Counted from the first letter of the whole stretch, positions 39,710 through 51,060 are shown. The stretch: DNA of 62,880 nt, filler included, from 3 parts of 3 records of this genome joined end to end with filler, not necessarily neighbours in it; one strand, 5' to 3'. Notes: generated by a model from the letters alone, not told the origin. Program-made: numbers and translations.

Positions 39710-40229
39710 AATGAGTGCGTTTTAAAAGGTTAGTTTGTGAAAGGAATAATCCTCACTTAATAAGACGCAGGTTTTACAAGAAGGGTTGCCTGGAGAGCAC
39801 GAAATTTTAAATTTTAGCTGTTTTATTTTTAATCTAAAAGTTTCACCTTCAAAGTAGATTAAACTGAGGTTAACAATTTATTTGGCTAATGACATAACAG
39901 AGGGTGTATCGATATTGAATTTAAATTAATTATCATAGATACTTAATGTAAATTTATAGCGAGTTACATTAATGCGTGACACGATTTACAAGCTGCTAGT
40001 AGCAACGATTTTCCCGGAGTGAGCAGAACGTGAATTTTAAGCAATTTAGATGGGCTCTATTAATTGAAAATAAAACACTTTTAATTAAAATATTCTTTAA
40101 AAAAAAAGTAATGCTATGCTGAATAACCATAATTAAGGGGGCATACTTGTCTAATGAAGATAGCTATACCCTTTTTGCTTAACCACTTCGAATATTTTAT
40201 TTCGGAAAGGCCTTCACAAAAGACAGGTC

Positions 40230-40329
40230 NNNNNNNNNNNNNNNNNNNNNNNNNNNNNNNNNNNNNNNNNNNNTTAATTAATTAANNNNNNNNNNNNNNN
40301 NNNNNNNNNNNNNNNNNNNNNNNNNNNNN
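40230..40329. other. Artificial contig-joining spacer
   Basis: N-run with TTAATTAATTAA at 40274-40285; composition shifts from AT-rich to GC-rich. Confidence 0.97.
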
Positions 40330-40377
40330 ACCGGTCTACGACCTGAGCACGAGCACGACGGGGGGAACATGACTTCG

Positions 40378-41472
40378 CTACGAACCCGCGGCGCTCGAAA
40401 CACTCTCGGTGTCCTTCGCTGCCTTGGGATCGTGCAGCGGGAAATACTCTTCGACAACCGAGTGAAATTCCTCCGGCGTGGAAACCTTGGCAACGTGAGT
40501 CCGGAAATAACGGGCTCCGTGCTTGCCTTGGGCGTAGCAACACGCGTACTTCCGCATCAGCACGGTTCCCTTTTCGTCGCCAAAGCGGTCCACCACCAAT
40601 TGATAATGCTTCAGCATCACATCGCGCTGCTCCGGCAAAGTCGGCTCGGGCGGGATCGGTTCGCCTCGCAGCGCCGCGGCGGCTTGGGCAAACAACCATG
40701 GCCGCCCCAGGCACGCGCGAGCGATCATGACCGCATCAACGTCATACTGATCGAATGCAGCGACCACTTTTTCAGCGCTGTCCAAATCACCGTTTCCGAT
40801 CAACGGGATGTTGCGAAGGTGCGATTTGATTTCGCTGATCCGTTCCCAATCCGCATTGCCTCGGAACATGTCCGCCGCCGTCCGGCCATGAACGGTGAGC
40901 GCCGCTGCACCCGCCTCTTCGACCACCCGTGCGATCTCGTTGCAGTTGATATTTTCGCGACTGCACCCCAAGCGGATTTTCGCCGTCACCGGCGTCGGGG
41001 CACACACCTGAACCAAACGCGAAATGATCGCATGCATCCGGTTGGGTTCCCGCAGCAAGTAGCTTCCGCTGTGAGCCTTTTCGGTGACTTGCCGAACCGG
41101 GCAACCAAAATTGATATCAACCACGCTGACGCGATACTCTTCCGCCAACCGGCGACCGACCTTGGCCATGGTCTCCGGATCGTTGTCCCAAATTTGAACC
41201 GCCAGCGGCCGGGGTTCATCCGCCACCCCCCACAATCGATCGGGGTGCTCGGCTTCATTTTCGTCCAGCCAAACGAACCCACGAGCGTTGACCATTTCGG
41301 TCGCCAACAGCCCGGCACCGCCAAATTGACGTACAATGTGGCGAAACGCAGCGTTGGTGAACCCAGCCATGGGCGCCTGCAAAATCGGCGGGTCAATGAC
41401 CAAATCACCAATCCGAAGCGGCGGCACGGTTCGCGTGGGGGCGGATACTGGCGTGGCGTCTTTCTCAATCAT
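40378..41472 (-). CDS. dusB: tRNA-dihydrouridine synthase (DusB-like)
   Basis: LQAPMAG, DINFGCP, VTAKIRLG, LTVHGRT, IGNGD, VMIARA. Confidence 0.9.
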   Translation of the reverse strand: MIEKDATPVSAPTRTVPPLRIGDLVIDPPILQAPMAGFTNAAFRHIVRQFGGAGLLATEMVNARGFVWLDENEAEHPDRLWGVADEPRPLAVQIWDNDPETMAKVGRRLAEEYRVSVVDINFGCPVRQVTEKAHSGSYLLREPNRMHAIISRLVQVCAPTPVTAKIRLGCSRENINCNEIARVVEEAGAAALTVHGRTAADMFRGNADWERISEIKSHLRNIPLIGNGDLDSAEKVVAAFDQYDVDAVMIARACLGRPWLFAQAAAALRGEPIPPEPTLPEQRDVMLKHYQLVVDRFGDEKGTVLMRKYACCYAQGKHGARYFRTHVAKVSTPEEFHSVVEEYFPLHDPKAAKDTESVSSAAGS

Positions 41473-41549
41473 TCGACGGTCGGCTTTCGCGGCGGTTTGT
41501 TTTCACTTCAGTTTATCGTCGCTTTGCAAAATTGGCGAATCGCCCGTTC

Positions 41550-42923
41550 ATGAATCCCAAGCCTTTTCGCGTTGGCCTGGTCGCTTGGCACGCTCTACCG
41601 GCCATCGTCCCGCCTACAACGTTTCCCCATGCTGATGGCGACGTCGCAGAAACAGCAACCACCGAACGGCCCACACTGAAGAGGTACGGCGAGACATTCG
41701 GTGGACTTGAGACGGCAATGTGGACGCTCGCTCAACACCTTGCTCGACAACCAGATATCCAGCCCGTCTGCTTTCTGGAAGCCGATCGCCCACGCAACGG
41801 CACCATGAATTGGCCCACTGAAGTGGAGGGCGTGAAGCTCGAAATTAGCGTCAATCGGTTTCGTGCGATTCGTCATGCGGTGGGAGAATGCATCGACACC
41901 GAATCGAAACGCATCAAACGCTTCTCACCGCACTTGCTGTGGCAAATTCCATTTCTTGCGATGACGCGACCATTTCGGTCTCGCGACCCAATCGACAGCC
42001 ATCCCGACCCTCGGTTGACCGACCGATCGATCGACGCCTGGATCAGTTTTGGAGTTAACTCTTCAAGTTCACGGGTAGTGGCAACCGCAGCAATCGAACA
42101 AACGCCAAGTTTCGTCTGCATTCGATCCAATGCTGGATTGGAGGACGGATTGGCAACCGACTCAGAATACCGAAACGAATGCGGCGAACCATCCTCCGCC
42201 CGTCGCTATGCGCTCATGCGATCGGACCAAGTTGTTTGCCAAAGCCAATGGCAACTCAACCGACTGAAACAGATGTTTCATCGCGAAGGACTATTGGCCC
42301 GAAATCCAATTGCTCGCAAAGACTGGCAACCGCCTTTCACCAATCCCGCTCCCAAATCATTTCGAAATCCCTTCGACGTGCTCTGGATTGGTCGCTACGA
42401 CGATTTCCACAAGCGTCCTTTGCTTATGCTGGAAGCCGCCAATAAGCTGCCGCATGTGTCATTCAAAATGATCGTCAATCCATTTGACCCTGACATTGAA
42501 AAATGCGTTCGCCGCGAAGTACCCAGGAACGTTGAGCTGATCGACCGAGTTCCCTTCGCCCAAATGCCGACGGTCTTTGCTGCGGCCAAGCTGTTCGTGT
42601 CAACGGGAAGCCTTGAACACGAAGGTTTCCCAAACGTTTTGTTGCAATCAGCCGCCTCCCACACGCCCATTGTTGCATTGTCAGATCACGACAGTTTCTT
42701 GTCGCGATCGGGCGCGGGAGTAGATTGCAACGACTCCGTCGAACTACTAGCACAACGCATCACCGAGCAACTAAAGAGCAATGCGATCAACTGGGAGAAA
42801 GTGGACGACTACCTTGATCAACATCACAGTGCTGATCTGATTGCATCCAATTTCGCCAACTGGATTCGTTGCTCGATCGCTAACGAACCCATTGTGCCCG
42901 CAACCATTGGCAAAAACACCTGA
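41550..42923 (+). CDS. Glycosyltransferase family 4
   Basis: FGGLET, VLWIGR...KRP and EGFPNVLLQS GT-B motifs. Confidence 0.8.
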   Translation: MNPKPFRVGLVAWHALPAIVPPTTFPHADGDVAETATTERPTLKRYGETFGGLETAMWTLAQHLARQPDIQPVCFLEADRPRNGTMNWPTEVEGVKLEISVNRFRAIRHAVGECIDTESKRIKRFSPHLLWQIPFLAMTRPFRSRDPIDSHPDPRLTDRSIDAWISFGVNSSSSRVVATAAIEQTPSFVCIRSNAGLEDGLATDSEYRNECGEPSSARRYALMRSDQVVCQSQWQLNRLKQMFHREGLLARNPIARKDWQPPFTNPAPKSFRNPFDVLWIGRYDDFHKRPLLMLEAANKLPHVSFKMIVNPFDPDIEKCVRREVPRNVELIDRVPFAQMPTVFAAAKLFVSTGSLEHEGFPNVLLQSAASHTPIVALSDHDSFLSRSGAGVDCNDSVELLAQRITEQLKSNAINWEKVDDYLDQHHSADLIASNFANWIRCSIANEPIVPATIGKNT

Positions 42924-42947
42924 CGGCTGGCTCACCTCTTAAGTGAC

Positions 42948-44621
42948 TCATTGATCAACGAAGATATGCTTCGGGTTAACAGTAAGGTACCAATCCATCC
43001 AAGCTCTCTCTGCTTTTCGTAGCTCACCTTCGGTCGGCTTGTCAGGCATTTCGAATCCCTCAAATTTCCGACTGATGAATCGCAAGCCGTCTCTCGCGTA
43101 CCGACGAACCGCCAAGTCAGGATCACTGAGGGCGTAGATGAGTGCTGGCACCACCCGCATGTCATCGCTTTTGCCCAACAATCGGGCTGCGACTCGGCGA
43201 GCTTGGTAGGACTGACTGCCGCGAACCAACCGCTCCAATCGATCAAGCTGAGCACGTAATTCCTTGGGATCGGTTGCCAGTTGCATATTCTCGGGCAACG
43301 ACTTTCCCTCTAGAGCTTCGTTGCCATCGTCTTCAAGAGCCGACAACAAATCCAACACCGACGCGCCAACAGGCTCACCCTTGATCTGAGAACCTTCGCG
43401 ACGAATCTTGGTTGTGTCTTTTGGCAAACCCTGCCCACCAGCAAGAGTACCACTACTGGCTGCCGCAATACTTCTCTGGGTACTCCGAATCAGAAACAAA
43501 ATCGCGAAACAAGTCCCCGCAACCGACCCGGAGTGGTCATGGTCCTCAACACCCCATCCGCCCGACTTGGGGTCTTGATAGCCGATCAACTCGTCGACAC
43601 CCTGGTTGTACCAACTGGGACTCTCGTCAGGCTTCAAACCGAGTGCGATTTCCTTGAAGCTCTCGTAACGCTCTTGGGTGTAGAGCTGGTAGTAGTAGTA
43701 ATCTTTTGCGGCTCGCTTGTATTCGGTATTTGCCAAATATCGATCGGAAGCCTTGATCGCACCGATGACCTTTTCGCTATTCACTGTCGCTCCCTTCCGC
43801 CGTTCGCTGTTTGCATCTGGCACGTAGAGCTTGATCGCCTTTGGCGCACCTGGGAAAGCCGACATGTCCGAGCGGCTCGTATCACCCCACAAACGCAGCG
43901 CATCGCCAGCGATCAGGATGCTACTCCCACCGGCATAGGCCATCGCAGGGTACACGTCTTTCTGCCGAATGTTCGGCCTTCCTGCACCGGGATCCTCCGC
44001 TTGGTAAGGCCAACCACCGCTAGGGTCTTGGACTCGAATCAACCATTTCGCGCACGCCGCGACGCGTTTGTAGTCGAGCGGAATCCCAGCGTGGTCCAAT
44101 GTCCAAATGGCGAGAACACCGTATTGCGTCTGAGAAATATCCCCCGTTTTGTGGCCGATGTAGCTGAATGCACCGTTGGGGTACTGCAGTTCGTACAAAA
44201 ATCCTTGCAGAGTTTTGAGCTCCGATTTGTATTTCTCTTTGTCGACCTCAGCGAGCAACATGACGGCGACGGCTGTGGAATACACCTCAAAACTGATCCC
44301 GGGAACATTGCGTTTTCCACTGCGGATCACCCCAACCATCGTCTTGACCGCCGCGATGCCTTGCTGGACGACACGCGCGTTAGGATCGTGCTTCACTTTG
44401 AAGTGGGTGTAAGCGACCAAGGCGCGCTCCCCTAACCCACCAGCAAATCCACTCGTGCCGTAGTGATAGTCCTTGGGGTCGGCGTTCTCAAGGTAAACCA
44501 ACCCCCGGTCGACCATGTTGACAACTTTCGTGTCAAACGGGGTGTACGCGAGAGCCGTGTTCGCATGAATACAAATCGCAGCGAGACTCGCAAATGCCCA
44601 AAGAAGGGTCTTAAGTATCAT
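42948..44621 (-). CDS. Secreted protein with prenyltransferase/squalene-cyclase-like repeats and C-terminal HEAT repeats
   Basis: Signal peptide; Q-x-x-x-G-G-W repeats (LQYPNGAF, VQDPSGGW); VPALIYALSDPDLAVRRYARDGL. Confidence 0.7.
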   Translation of the reverse strand: MILKTLLWAFASLAAICIHANTALAYTPFDTKVVNMVDRGLVYLENADPKDYHYGTSGFAGGLGERALVAYTHFKVKHDPNARVVQQGIAAVKTMVGVIRSGKRNVPGISFEVYSTAVAVMLLAEVDKEKYKSELKTLQGFLYELQYPNGAFSYIGHKTGDISQTQYGVLAIWTLDHAGIPLDYKRVAACAKWLIRVQDPSGGWPYQAEDPGAGRPNIRQKDVYPAMAYAGGSSILIAGDALRLWGDTSRSDMSAFPGAPKAIKLYVPDANSERRKGATVNSEKVIGAIKASDRYLANTEYKRAAKDYYYYQLYTQERYESFKEIALGLKPDESPSWYNQGVDELIGYQDPKSGGWGVEDHDHSGSVAGTCFAILFLIRSTQRSIAAASSGTLAGGQGLPKDTTKIRREGSQIKGEPVGASVLDLLSALEDDGNEALEGKSLPENMQLATDPKELRAQLDRLERLVRGSQSYQARRVAARLLGKSDDMRVVPALIYALSDPDLAVRRYARDGLRFISRKFEGFEMPDKPTEGELRKAERAWMDWYLTVNPKHIFVDQ

Positions 44622-45043
44622 CTAAAGCCTTTGAGCGTTCGTGTGGTGGCAGACGATGGACGTGATTTCTTACCCAATTCATTGAGCGAGAGCATCAATT
44701 TGTGCCCGGCCGTTCGGGCCTAGACCGATTTTCTCTAGCGTTCTCGCCTTGGACACAGTGAATGGAACAAAGTGGAACGCTCATTTTCGATCAGCGCGAA
44801 GCCGGAATGGACCGGGTTCACGTCCTTTCGATGGGTCGGCAGAGCCGTTAAAAACCTGACCGAGTGAGTTTCATCGATGCACCGAGTATAACGTACGGAC
44901 GTCTTTTTTTGCAACGAAAAGGGTGCTTTTCTGCCGGCCGCAAAGCCCCGCCGACATCGGCGGATGCCATCGAAGCGGGGACCCGAGCAAATGACATCCC
45001 CCGGACCGTCATGCACCTTGAATAGACGTCTCACGCCAAAACG

Positions 45044-47383
45044 ATGACCGAATCGAAAGGACACGGCATTTTGTGCAATGAACAACGGGGTGATGGGCCC
45101 TCCTCCTTTCCCTGGTTTTCGCTGGCGATTGGTTTTCTCGCGATTGCATCGGGCATCCTTTGGCTCGTTCCAGCAGAATTAGTTGAAAAGGCGGTCACCA
45201 TCGGTGACGGAGAAACAGCTCGTGTTTTGGCTGCCAAACTGCGAGAGCTACTGCTTCCCTTTTGTGCCATCGGACTGATCGCGTCAGCAGCTAGCTGGAT
45301 ACTGGGAGCTCGCACAAAATCTTTCTACGACCTCCGCCTGCATTCCTGGCTTGCCGCAACCATTGACGACCAGCCTAGACCTCAACCTTACGCGAGCCTG
45401 TCGGTCTCAGAACACCTGTTTTGGGCAGGGTGCGCCGTCATCGCGGTATTGACTTACGATTGGCGGACTTTGTTCTGGGGATTCTTTGAAAGCGATGACT
45501 ACTCCATGGTTGAAGTCGCTCGCGACGGAGATTTCCCGGGCTCTCTGTTGTCGACGCACAACGACCACGTACTTCCGCTGCTCCGATTGGAGTTTTCGGT
45601 ATTGTACGAGATGTTCGGCACCAATCCATTCGCATACAACTTGGGTGTCATCGCTTCTTTTTCGTTGATGCTTTACGCAGGCTGTATTCTTGCCAGAGAA
45701 TGCTCGATCAATCGAATCGGCACGCTCGCTTTTCTGTTTTTGTGCATCAACTGGTCTCTTTGGGGCGAATTCACCGCAGGATCGTACATCCTTCAGAAAT
45801 ACATGCAGATCACCACCTGCGGCTTGTTGAGCTGCTGGTGCTGGATCCGTTGGGAGAAGACACAACGCCCTGGATACTTCGCCGGTTGTGTGTTTGCGGT
45901 ATTGATAGCCTGTTTGATGAACCCGAGCGGTTACTGGGTTCCATGTGCTGTCCTGGTCTTCGCCGCGCTCCGCTTGTATTCAAGACGCAGTACTCACCCC
46001 GTACGTGACACTGTTCGAGACGGACGTTCACTCACCTTCGCAGTCATTGGCGTGGTGGCACTTTCGATGGCTGTGTATCGCTACGCGTATTCACTTCCTG
46101 GAAACAATGAGTTTCTGACTTTGACGGATAACCCGCTCACGCTAGGCGGGTTCGTCCAACAACTCTTTGTTTTTGTATCAACACTGATCGCAACCGTGCT
46201 TGTTCCGCTACCGCACCACTTCGACAAAGTTGGTCTGCTAGTGCCGTCCTTGCTTTTGTTTCTGGTTGCAGCTGGAACGATTTTCGCTTTCGGCATCCAC
46301 GGTCTAAAACGGGAACTGAAAGCGACAACTGTGGCGTTGGTATTGGTTCTCTTAGGAATCACGGCCATGGTGTGTTTAGGCCGCCCCATTCCGGGAATCA
46401 ATTACATTGTCGCTTCGAAATATCTTGGACCTGCTTATGTTTGGCTATGCCTGATTGCAAGCTTTTGCATCCAAGGTTTGTGGAATGCAACATCAACCAA
46501 TAGCCGTTCTCACTGGCGACTCGTCCGGATGGTGTTCAGTATTCTTGCGATCGCTCTTTTGACACACGGAGCGATTGAGTTGGGTGCTCGTGCCGAGCTA
46601 CCGTTCTTAGATCGCGATGTGTGCCGAAACAGCAAGCTCCGTGAACAAATACGTGAGCGAAACGCCATTGGCCGATTGCGCTCTGAGGTAATCGCAGTTC
46701 TGGAGCAAAACTCGACCGAGAATCTGCGCCTTCCAAATTTCTCGGGAGATGCCATCGCACATGCACTTCCGGAACTAGCGTTTCCATGGGGCGAACGACC
46801 TTCGCTTCGAATGCTGATGCCGATGCTCGAATCCAAACCTCGCACCATCAGGTGTTTACCATTAAACGGACGGTACGACGAAGACGCTTCCGATGCAACG
46901 CTTCGTGAATCAATCTCTCCTTCGTTCTTTAAGCAACTCCAAGTCAACGAACTTCTACGAGAGATCGCGTTTGCACCGGTTGATGTTGAAATCCTGGATA
47001 AAACGCCTTCGGCCAAGGACGGTGACTTTCAGCACGACCAAAACTCACCACCCAATTCACATCTTTCGCTGACCACCGCAAAAGCGGGCGGTTCCTTGCA
47101 ACTCCGCACTTTGACTGGCCCATGGAACCCAACCAGCTACCCCATCCTTCGCTTAAAAATTGCAGAGAGACAAACCGTCAAACTGAACCTCGTGGTGAAC
47201 GGAGAATTTGACATTCGTGTTCCACATTCAGTCGCCATCAACTCCGAAGTCGGCACAGAAGCTCATTTAAATTTGGCTCCGCTGTTTGAATACAGCTGCA
47301 GCGGTGATGTCAGGCATATCGAATTCGTCGGGGAAGAACTTGCCAAACTTTCCATCGAGAGTGCCGAGTTAGGCAACAGATAG
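45044..47383 (+). CDS. Polytopic membrane protein, possibly a GT-C-like glycosyltransferase
   Basis: Many TM helices, an acidic ESDDY loop and an HNDH motif; sits in a polysaccharide cluster. Confidence 0.55.
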   Translation: MTESKGHGILCNEQRGDGPSSFPWFSLAIGFLAIASGILWLVPAELVEKAVTIGDGETARVLAAKLRELLLPFCAIGLIASAASWILGARTKSFYDLRLHSWLAATIDDQPRPQPYASLSVSEHLFWAGCAVIAVLTYDWRTLFWGFFESDDYSMVEVARDGDFPGSLLSTHNDHVLPLLRLEFSVLYEMFGTNPFAYNLGVIASFSLMLYAGCILARECSINRIGTLAFLFLCINWSLWGEFTAGSYILQKYMQITTCGLLSCWCWIRWEKTQRPGYFAGCVFAVLIACLMNPSGYWVPCAVLVFAALRLYSRRSTHPVRDTVRDGRSLTFAVIGVVALSMAVYRYAYSLPGNNEFLTLTDNPLTLGGFVQQLFVFVSTLIATVLVPLPHHFDKVGLLVPSLLLFLVAAGTIFAFGIHGLKRELKATTVALVLVLLGITAMVCLGRPIPGINYIVASKYLGPAYVWLCLIASFCIQGLWNATSTNSRSHWRLVRMVFSILAIALLTHGAIELGARAELPFLDRDVCRNSKLREQIRERNAIGRLRSEVIAVLEQNSTENLRLPNFSGDAIAHALPELAFPWGERPSLRMLMPMLESKPRTIRCLPLNGRYDEDASDATLRESISPSFFKQLQVNELLREIAFAPVDVEILDKTPSAKDGDFQHDQNSPPNSHLSLTTAKAGGSLQLRTLTGPWNPTSYPILRLKIAERQTVKLNLVVNGEFDIRVPHSVAINSEVGTEAHLNLAPLFEYSCSGDVRHIEFVGEELAKLSIESAELGNR

Positions 47384-47643
47384 ATTCCGAAGGAAGTCGC
47401 GGCACTGATCGTTGACCATCTATAGGCGAACCACATCCCGTCCATAAATTTTCACATTCCCGGAAAACTCTTGTTTCCATCGACATACCCAGTAGCAGCT
47501 AATTCGCAGTCTTTGTTGCTGTATCTTCGCGCGTCGAACTGGCTTCCATTTCGCAATCCCTTCATTTTAACGAAGGCCCTCCGAGTGCCACTCTTTCGAT
47601 TTAGCACTCGGCTTCAAAATCGTTCGCTGACGGGTGAACTGCA

Positions 47644-49020
47644 ATGAGCGATAGCACTCCTCCAGAACGACGCTCCTGGCCGCGTCGAATGGTGAATCGA
47701 CTGGAGGTCGACCGGGCGACGTTTTATGCGGTCGCAACACGGTATTGGCAATTCGTGTCTGGACCGGTGACACTTTGGCTGGTGGTTCAGTTCTTCACGC
47801 CTGAGGTACAGGGTTTCTATGTGACTTTTTGGTCCGTGATCGGCCTTCAAATGTTCTTCGAGCTGGCGTTTCCTCAAACCATCGTGACCATGACCAGCCA
47901 TCTTTGGAGTCAGCTTGATCTGGACAACAGCAATCGACTGGTTGGAAAGCCTGATGCGGTTTCACGACTGACTCACTTGATGCGAATTTCGGTGGTGGTG
48001 CAGGTAATCCTTGCAACTCTCTTCGCCGCAATTGCAAGCTTCTTTGGGTTATGGTTCTTCGCCGATGATCCGTCGGCTCAAACAATCACTTGGCGGGGTC
48101 CATGGTTGACGCTGGTGGGGCTATCTTCGATCGCGTTCGCTCTTATCCCATTTCTGGCTGTACTGGAAGGATGCGATCAGGTTCGCGAAATACACAAACT
48201 CAATTTGGTCCGTGGCATTGCAGGCAGTCTCGTCGTTTGGATTGCCATACCGCTAGGTGCCGCTCTATGGATTCCGGCAATAGCAACAGCAGTACGCTTG
48301 TTCTGTGAAATCGGTTGGATGTTGGGCAAATACCCTCGCTTTTTTGCCGCTTTCACCAAACGTCCTACTGGGGAACGGGTTTCCTGGCGGAAAGAAGTCT
48401 GGCCATTCCAGTCGAAATTGATGCTGAAAGGTTTCTTCAACTACTTCAATGCTGATGTGATGCTTCCGGTTTTGTTCCGGTACCAAGACGCTGTCATTGC
48501 TGGCCAATTTGGATTGACCTGGAATATTTTACAATCAATGCGAATGGCCTGTTCGTCCTGGGTGCGAACTCGCGTCCCTCGATTTGGCGTTTTGATTGCA
48601 GAGCGAAACTACAAAGAGCTGGATCGAATTTACTTTCGAGTTGGAAAGATCGCAGCTAGCTTGCTCGCTCTACTTGGCTGCGTGTTTGTTTTAGGGGTGG
48701 CGGGACTGGACTACTTTGACTTCCGCTACGCACATCGTTTTCTTCCCGTACTTCCGACGACATTGCTCATCATTGGATTATGGACGGCATTGGTGTTCGA
48801 ATTTCAGTGGCTCTACCTCCATGCTCATGGCAAGTCACCTTATTTAACACTGAGTTTGATAGCATGTTGTATCAGCGGTCTGCTCATCTGGTGGGCAGGG
48901 ATTCACTATGGTGCGATCGGTGTAAGTCTAGCTTTTCTATTCATGCAGGGAATTGTCTACCTTCCACTCTCGACGGTTGGGTGGATCCATCTGCGACGGC
49001 AATGGCATCGCGAAGAATGA
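47644..49020 (+). CDS. Wzx-like oligosaccharide flippase
   Basis: About 12 TM helices; FTPEVQGFYVTF and AGQFGLT patterns of polysaccharide exporters. Confidence 0.7.
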   Translation: MSDSTPPERRSWPRRMVNRLEVDRATFYAVATRYWQFVSGPVTLWLVVQFFTPEVQGFYVTFWSVIGLQMFFELAFPQTIVTMTSHLWSQLDLDNSNRLVGKPDAVSRLTHLMRISVVVQVILATLFAAIASFFGLWFFADDPSAQTITWRGPWLTLVGLSSIAFALIPFLAVLEGCDQVREIHKLNLVRGIAGSLVVWIAIPLGAALWIPAIATAVRLFCEIGWMLGKYPRFFAAFTKRPTGERVSWRKEVWPFQSKLMLKGFFNYFNADVMLPVLFRYQDAVIAGQFGLTWNILQSMRMACSSWVRTRVPRFGVLIAERNYKELDRIYFRVGKIAASLLALLGCVFVLGVAGLDYFDFRYAHRFLPVLPTTLLIIGLWTALVFEFQWLYLHAHGKSPYLTLSLIACCISGLLIWWAGIHYGAIGVSLAFLFMQGIVYLPLSTVGWIHLRRQWHREE

Positions 49021-49188
49021 CGCCGTCGCAACCACCCCGTCGAATCAATTCGGTCTTTTCCTGGTAAGGTACCGGGCTCGAAAACATCGAGCCCCCTATC
49101 GACAGCTAGTTTCAAATCCAATCAAAGTCCGTTTGAGGGAAGTTCGTTCTTCGCTAAATTCCTCATTGCGCAACGGAGTTCAGGTGAA

Positions 49189-51060
49189 ATGACGAGACCT
49201 CGCTCCTTCAGTTCACGCGAACCATCGACAGAATGGCGTTGGCGAAGCTTGCTTTGGGCTCAATTCGTTGGACTGGCAATCAGCATGACGCTTTGCTGGC
49301 ACTCGTTCGATGAAGTCCTTCAAGCCGAAAAACCTGTTGGCTTCCTGGTTGCGACTTGGAGGCTGTTTCAAGCATTCCTGCCTTTAGCCGTCTTGTTCAC
49401 CGTCGGCAATGTATTGCGATGCGAGCGGTGGGCTTGCGCAATGATGACGGGCTGGTGGTATTGGATCATGGTAGATCTGATTGTTCATCAATGGACCGGC
49501 ATGCATGTCGCTTCATTCGAAGTCCTTCGTCTTCTTTATGAAAAGTCGCTCAGTCTGCTTCCCTACGTGCACCTGGGTATGGTCATCCGATTTGGGATTG
49601 GATTTGCCACGCTTCTCCTATTGACTCAGGTCGGACGAATTGCAACTCGAAGGATTGCGAGGCGATGCAGCGATGCCGGAAATAGCCTGAGTTCATTGGG
49701 AGCTTCACTCGCCTGGCTTGGGGCGATTACTTTGCTTGCAGCCCCCGCGTGGATGTTCTGGGCGACTGTCCAATCTGAAATGCGAGCGGAGCCCTCGCGA
49801 CATGCATTGAGTGTCATCGGCTGGCCCGCTTCAAAAAGAAGTGATAGGCCAACGCTTCTCGCGAAAGAAAGCACTTCCCTGAAGTTGACGAATGCTTCGA
49901 TCCGTCGTCGTACGCAAGCGTTCCGTCTGAATGTGGCAACAAATGAACCAGAACAACGCCCTGATATTCTTTTCATCGTGGTGGAATCTCTTCGGCCAGA
50001 ATTGATTGATTCAGATGTGATGCCGAATGTAAACGCCGCCGCAGAGAATGGTCTTTGGATGCAGCGGCATTTCTCTGGTGGCAACGCGAGCTCCCTAGGT
50101 CTGTTCTCGCTGTTCAACGGCTTGGATGCAATCTGGTTCTACCGGTCGGATGTGAGATACGCACCAGCAATGAATCGTTTGTTTCACCAATCTGGTTACG
50201 AATGCGGTTTCTTCGGCGCCGCGAATGATTGGGCCGCATTCCAAATGGATGCTTTCGTTCGAAAAGATGTCTACGACGCCTTTGAAGTCAGTTCTTATGA
50301 CGGTCTGAGATCAGATCGCCGGGCGATTCAGGCGAGCGAAGAATTCCTAGCCGATCATTCTGATCGGCGGCCACGGTTAGCCGTGCTTTACCTGTATGCG
50401 ACTCATGCCCCATTCGAGATCAATCCCCTCCTCCAGCAGGATCAGCCTGCCGCATCTCGTAATTATTCCATTCCTTTCGGACCAGCCAACCGAGAATCGA
50501 TCTGGAATCGCTACCGCAATTCAGCCCGGACAGTTGATCATCTGATTGCTCCACTGTTGAAACACCCCAACCGAATCGTGGCCATCGTTGGCGATCATGG
50601 CGAATCGTTTTTAGATGACGGAACAATCGGTCACGGAACACGCTTGTCTGCTTCGCAAACCCAAACCCCAGCAATCATCGTCGGCAGAAACGTTCCCACA
50701 AAGAAGGTCCGAGAAGCGACGAGTCACGCTGATCTCCTGCCCACGCTGTTGGAGCTGTGCGACATCCAGACGAGCAGTCCAATGAGTTTTGATGGTCGTG
50801 ATGTGTCGAACCCCATCTTTCGTCCACGAGTCATTGCCATCGCAGACTACTTGCGAGAGCAAGCGATCCTCATTCCGAACGAAGCGGACTTAGACCCCAC
50901 ATTCTTTGGCCTTCAGGTCGGAATATCGCTTCTGAAGCCCCATTTTCAAATCATCGGGACGAGAAGCCGACAGGGAGATCCTCGCCAATTCTCCCATGAA
51001 GAATTGATTACGCATCGTCAGATTGCTCGCAAATACCTCGATCAGACGTTTCCTGATTGA
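49189..51060 (+). CDS. Membrane-anchored sulfatase-like protein (YejM/PbgA-like)
   Basis: N-terminal TM helices; PDILFIVVESLR, HFSGGNAS, GDHGESF and TSHADLLPTLL alkaline-phosphatase-superfamily motifs. Confidence 0.75.
   Translation: MTRPRSFSSREPSTEWRWRSLLWAQFVGLAISMTLCWHSFDEVLQAEKPVGFLVATWRLFQAFLPLAVLFTVGNVLRCERWACAMMTGWWYWIMVDLIVHQWTGMHVASFEVLRLLYEKSLSLLPYVHLGMVIRFGIGFATLLLLTQVGRIATRRIARRCSDAGNSLSSLGASLAWLGAITLLAAPAWMFWATVQSEMRAEPSRHALSVIGWPASKRSDRPTLLAKESTSLKLTNASIRRRTQAFRLNVATNEPEQRPDILFIVVESLRPELIDSDVMPNVNAAAENGLWMQRHFSGGNASSLGLFSLFNGLDAIWFYRSDVRYAPAMNRLFHQSGYECGFFGAANDWAAFQMDAFVRKDVYDAFEVSSYDGLRSDRRAIQASEEFLADHSDRRPRLAVLYLYATHAPFEINPLLQQDQPAASRNYSIPFGPANRESIWNRYRNSARTVDHLIAPLLKHPNRIVAIVGDHGESFLDDGTIGHGTRLSASQTQTPAIIVGRNVPTKKVREATSHADLLPTLLELCDIQTSSPMSFDGRDVSNPIFRPRVIAIADYLREQAILIPNEADLDPTFFGLQVGISLLKPHFQIIGTRSRQGDPRQFSHEELITHRQIARKYLDQTFPD

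Noticed and set aside
40369-41553. 394-aa plus-strand ORF, and similar long shadow ORFs (16473-17363, 43533-44435, 51286-52683)
   Set aside because: They are antisense to well-supported genes (dus, nosZ, the HEAT protein, the DUF11 protein), which is typical of GC-rich DNA.
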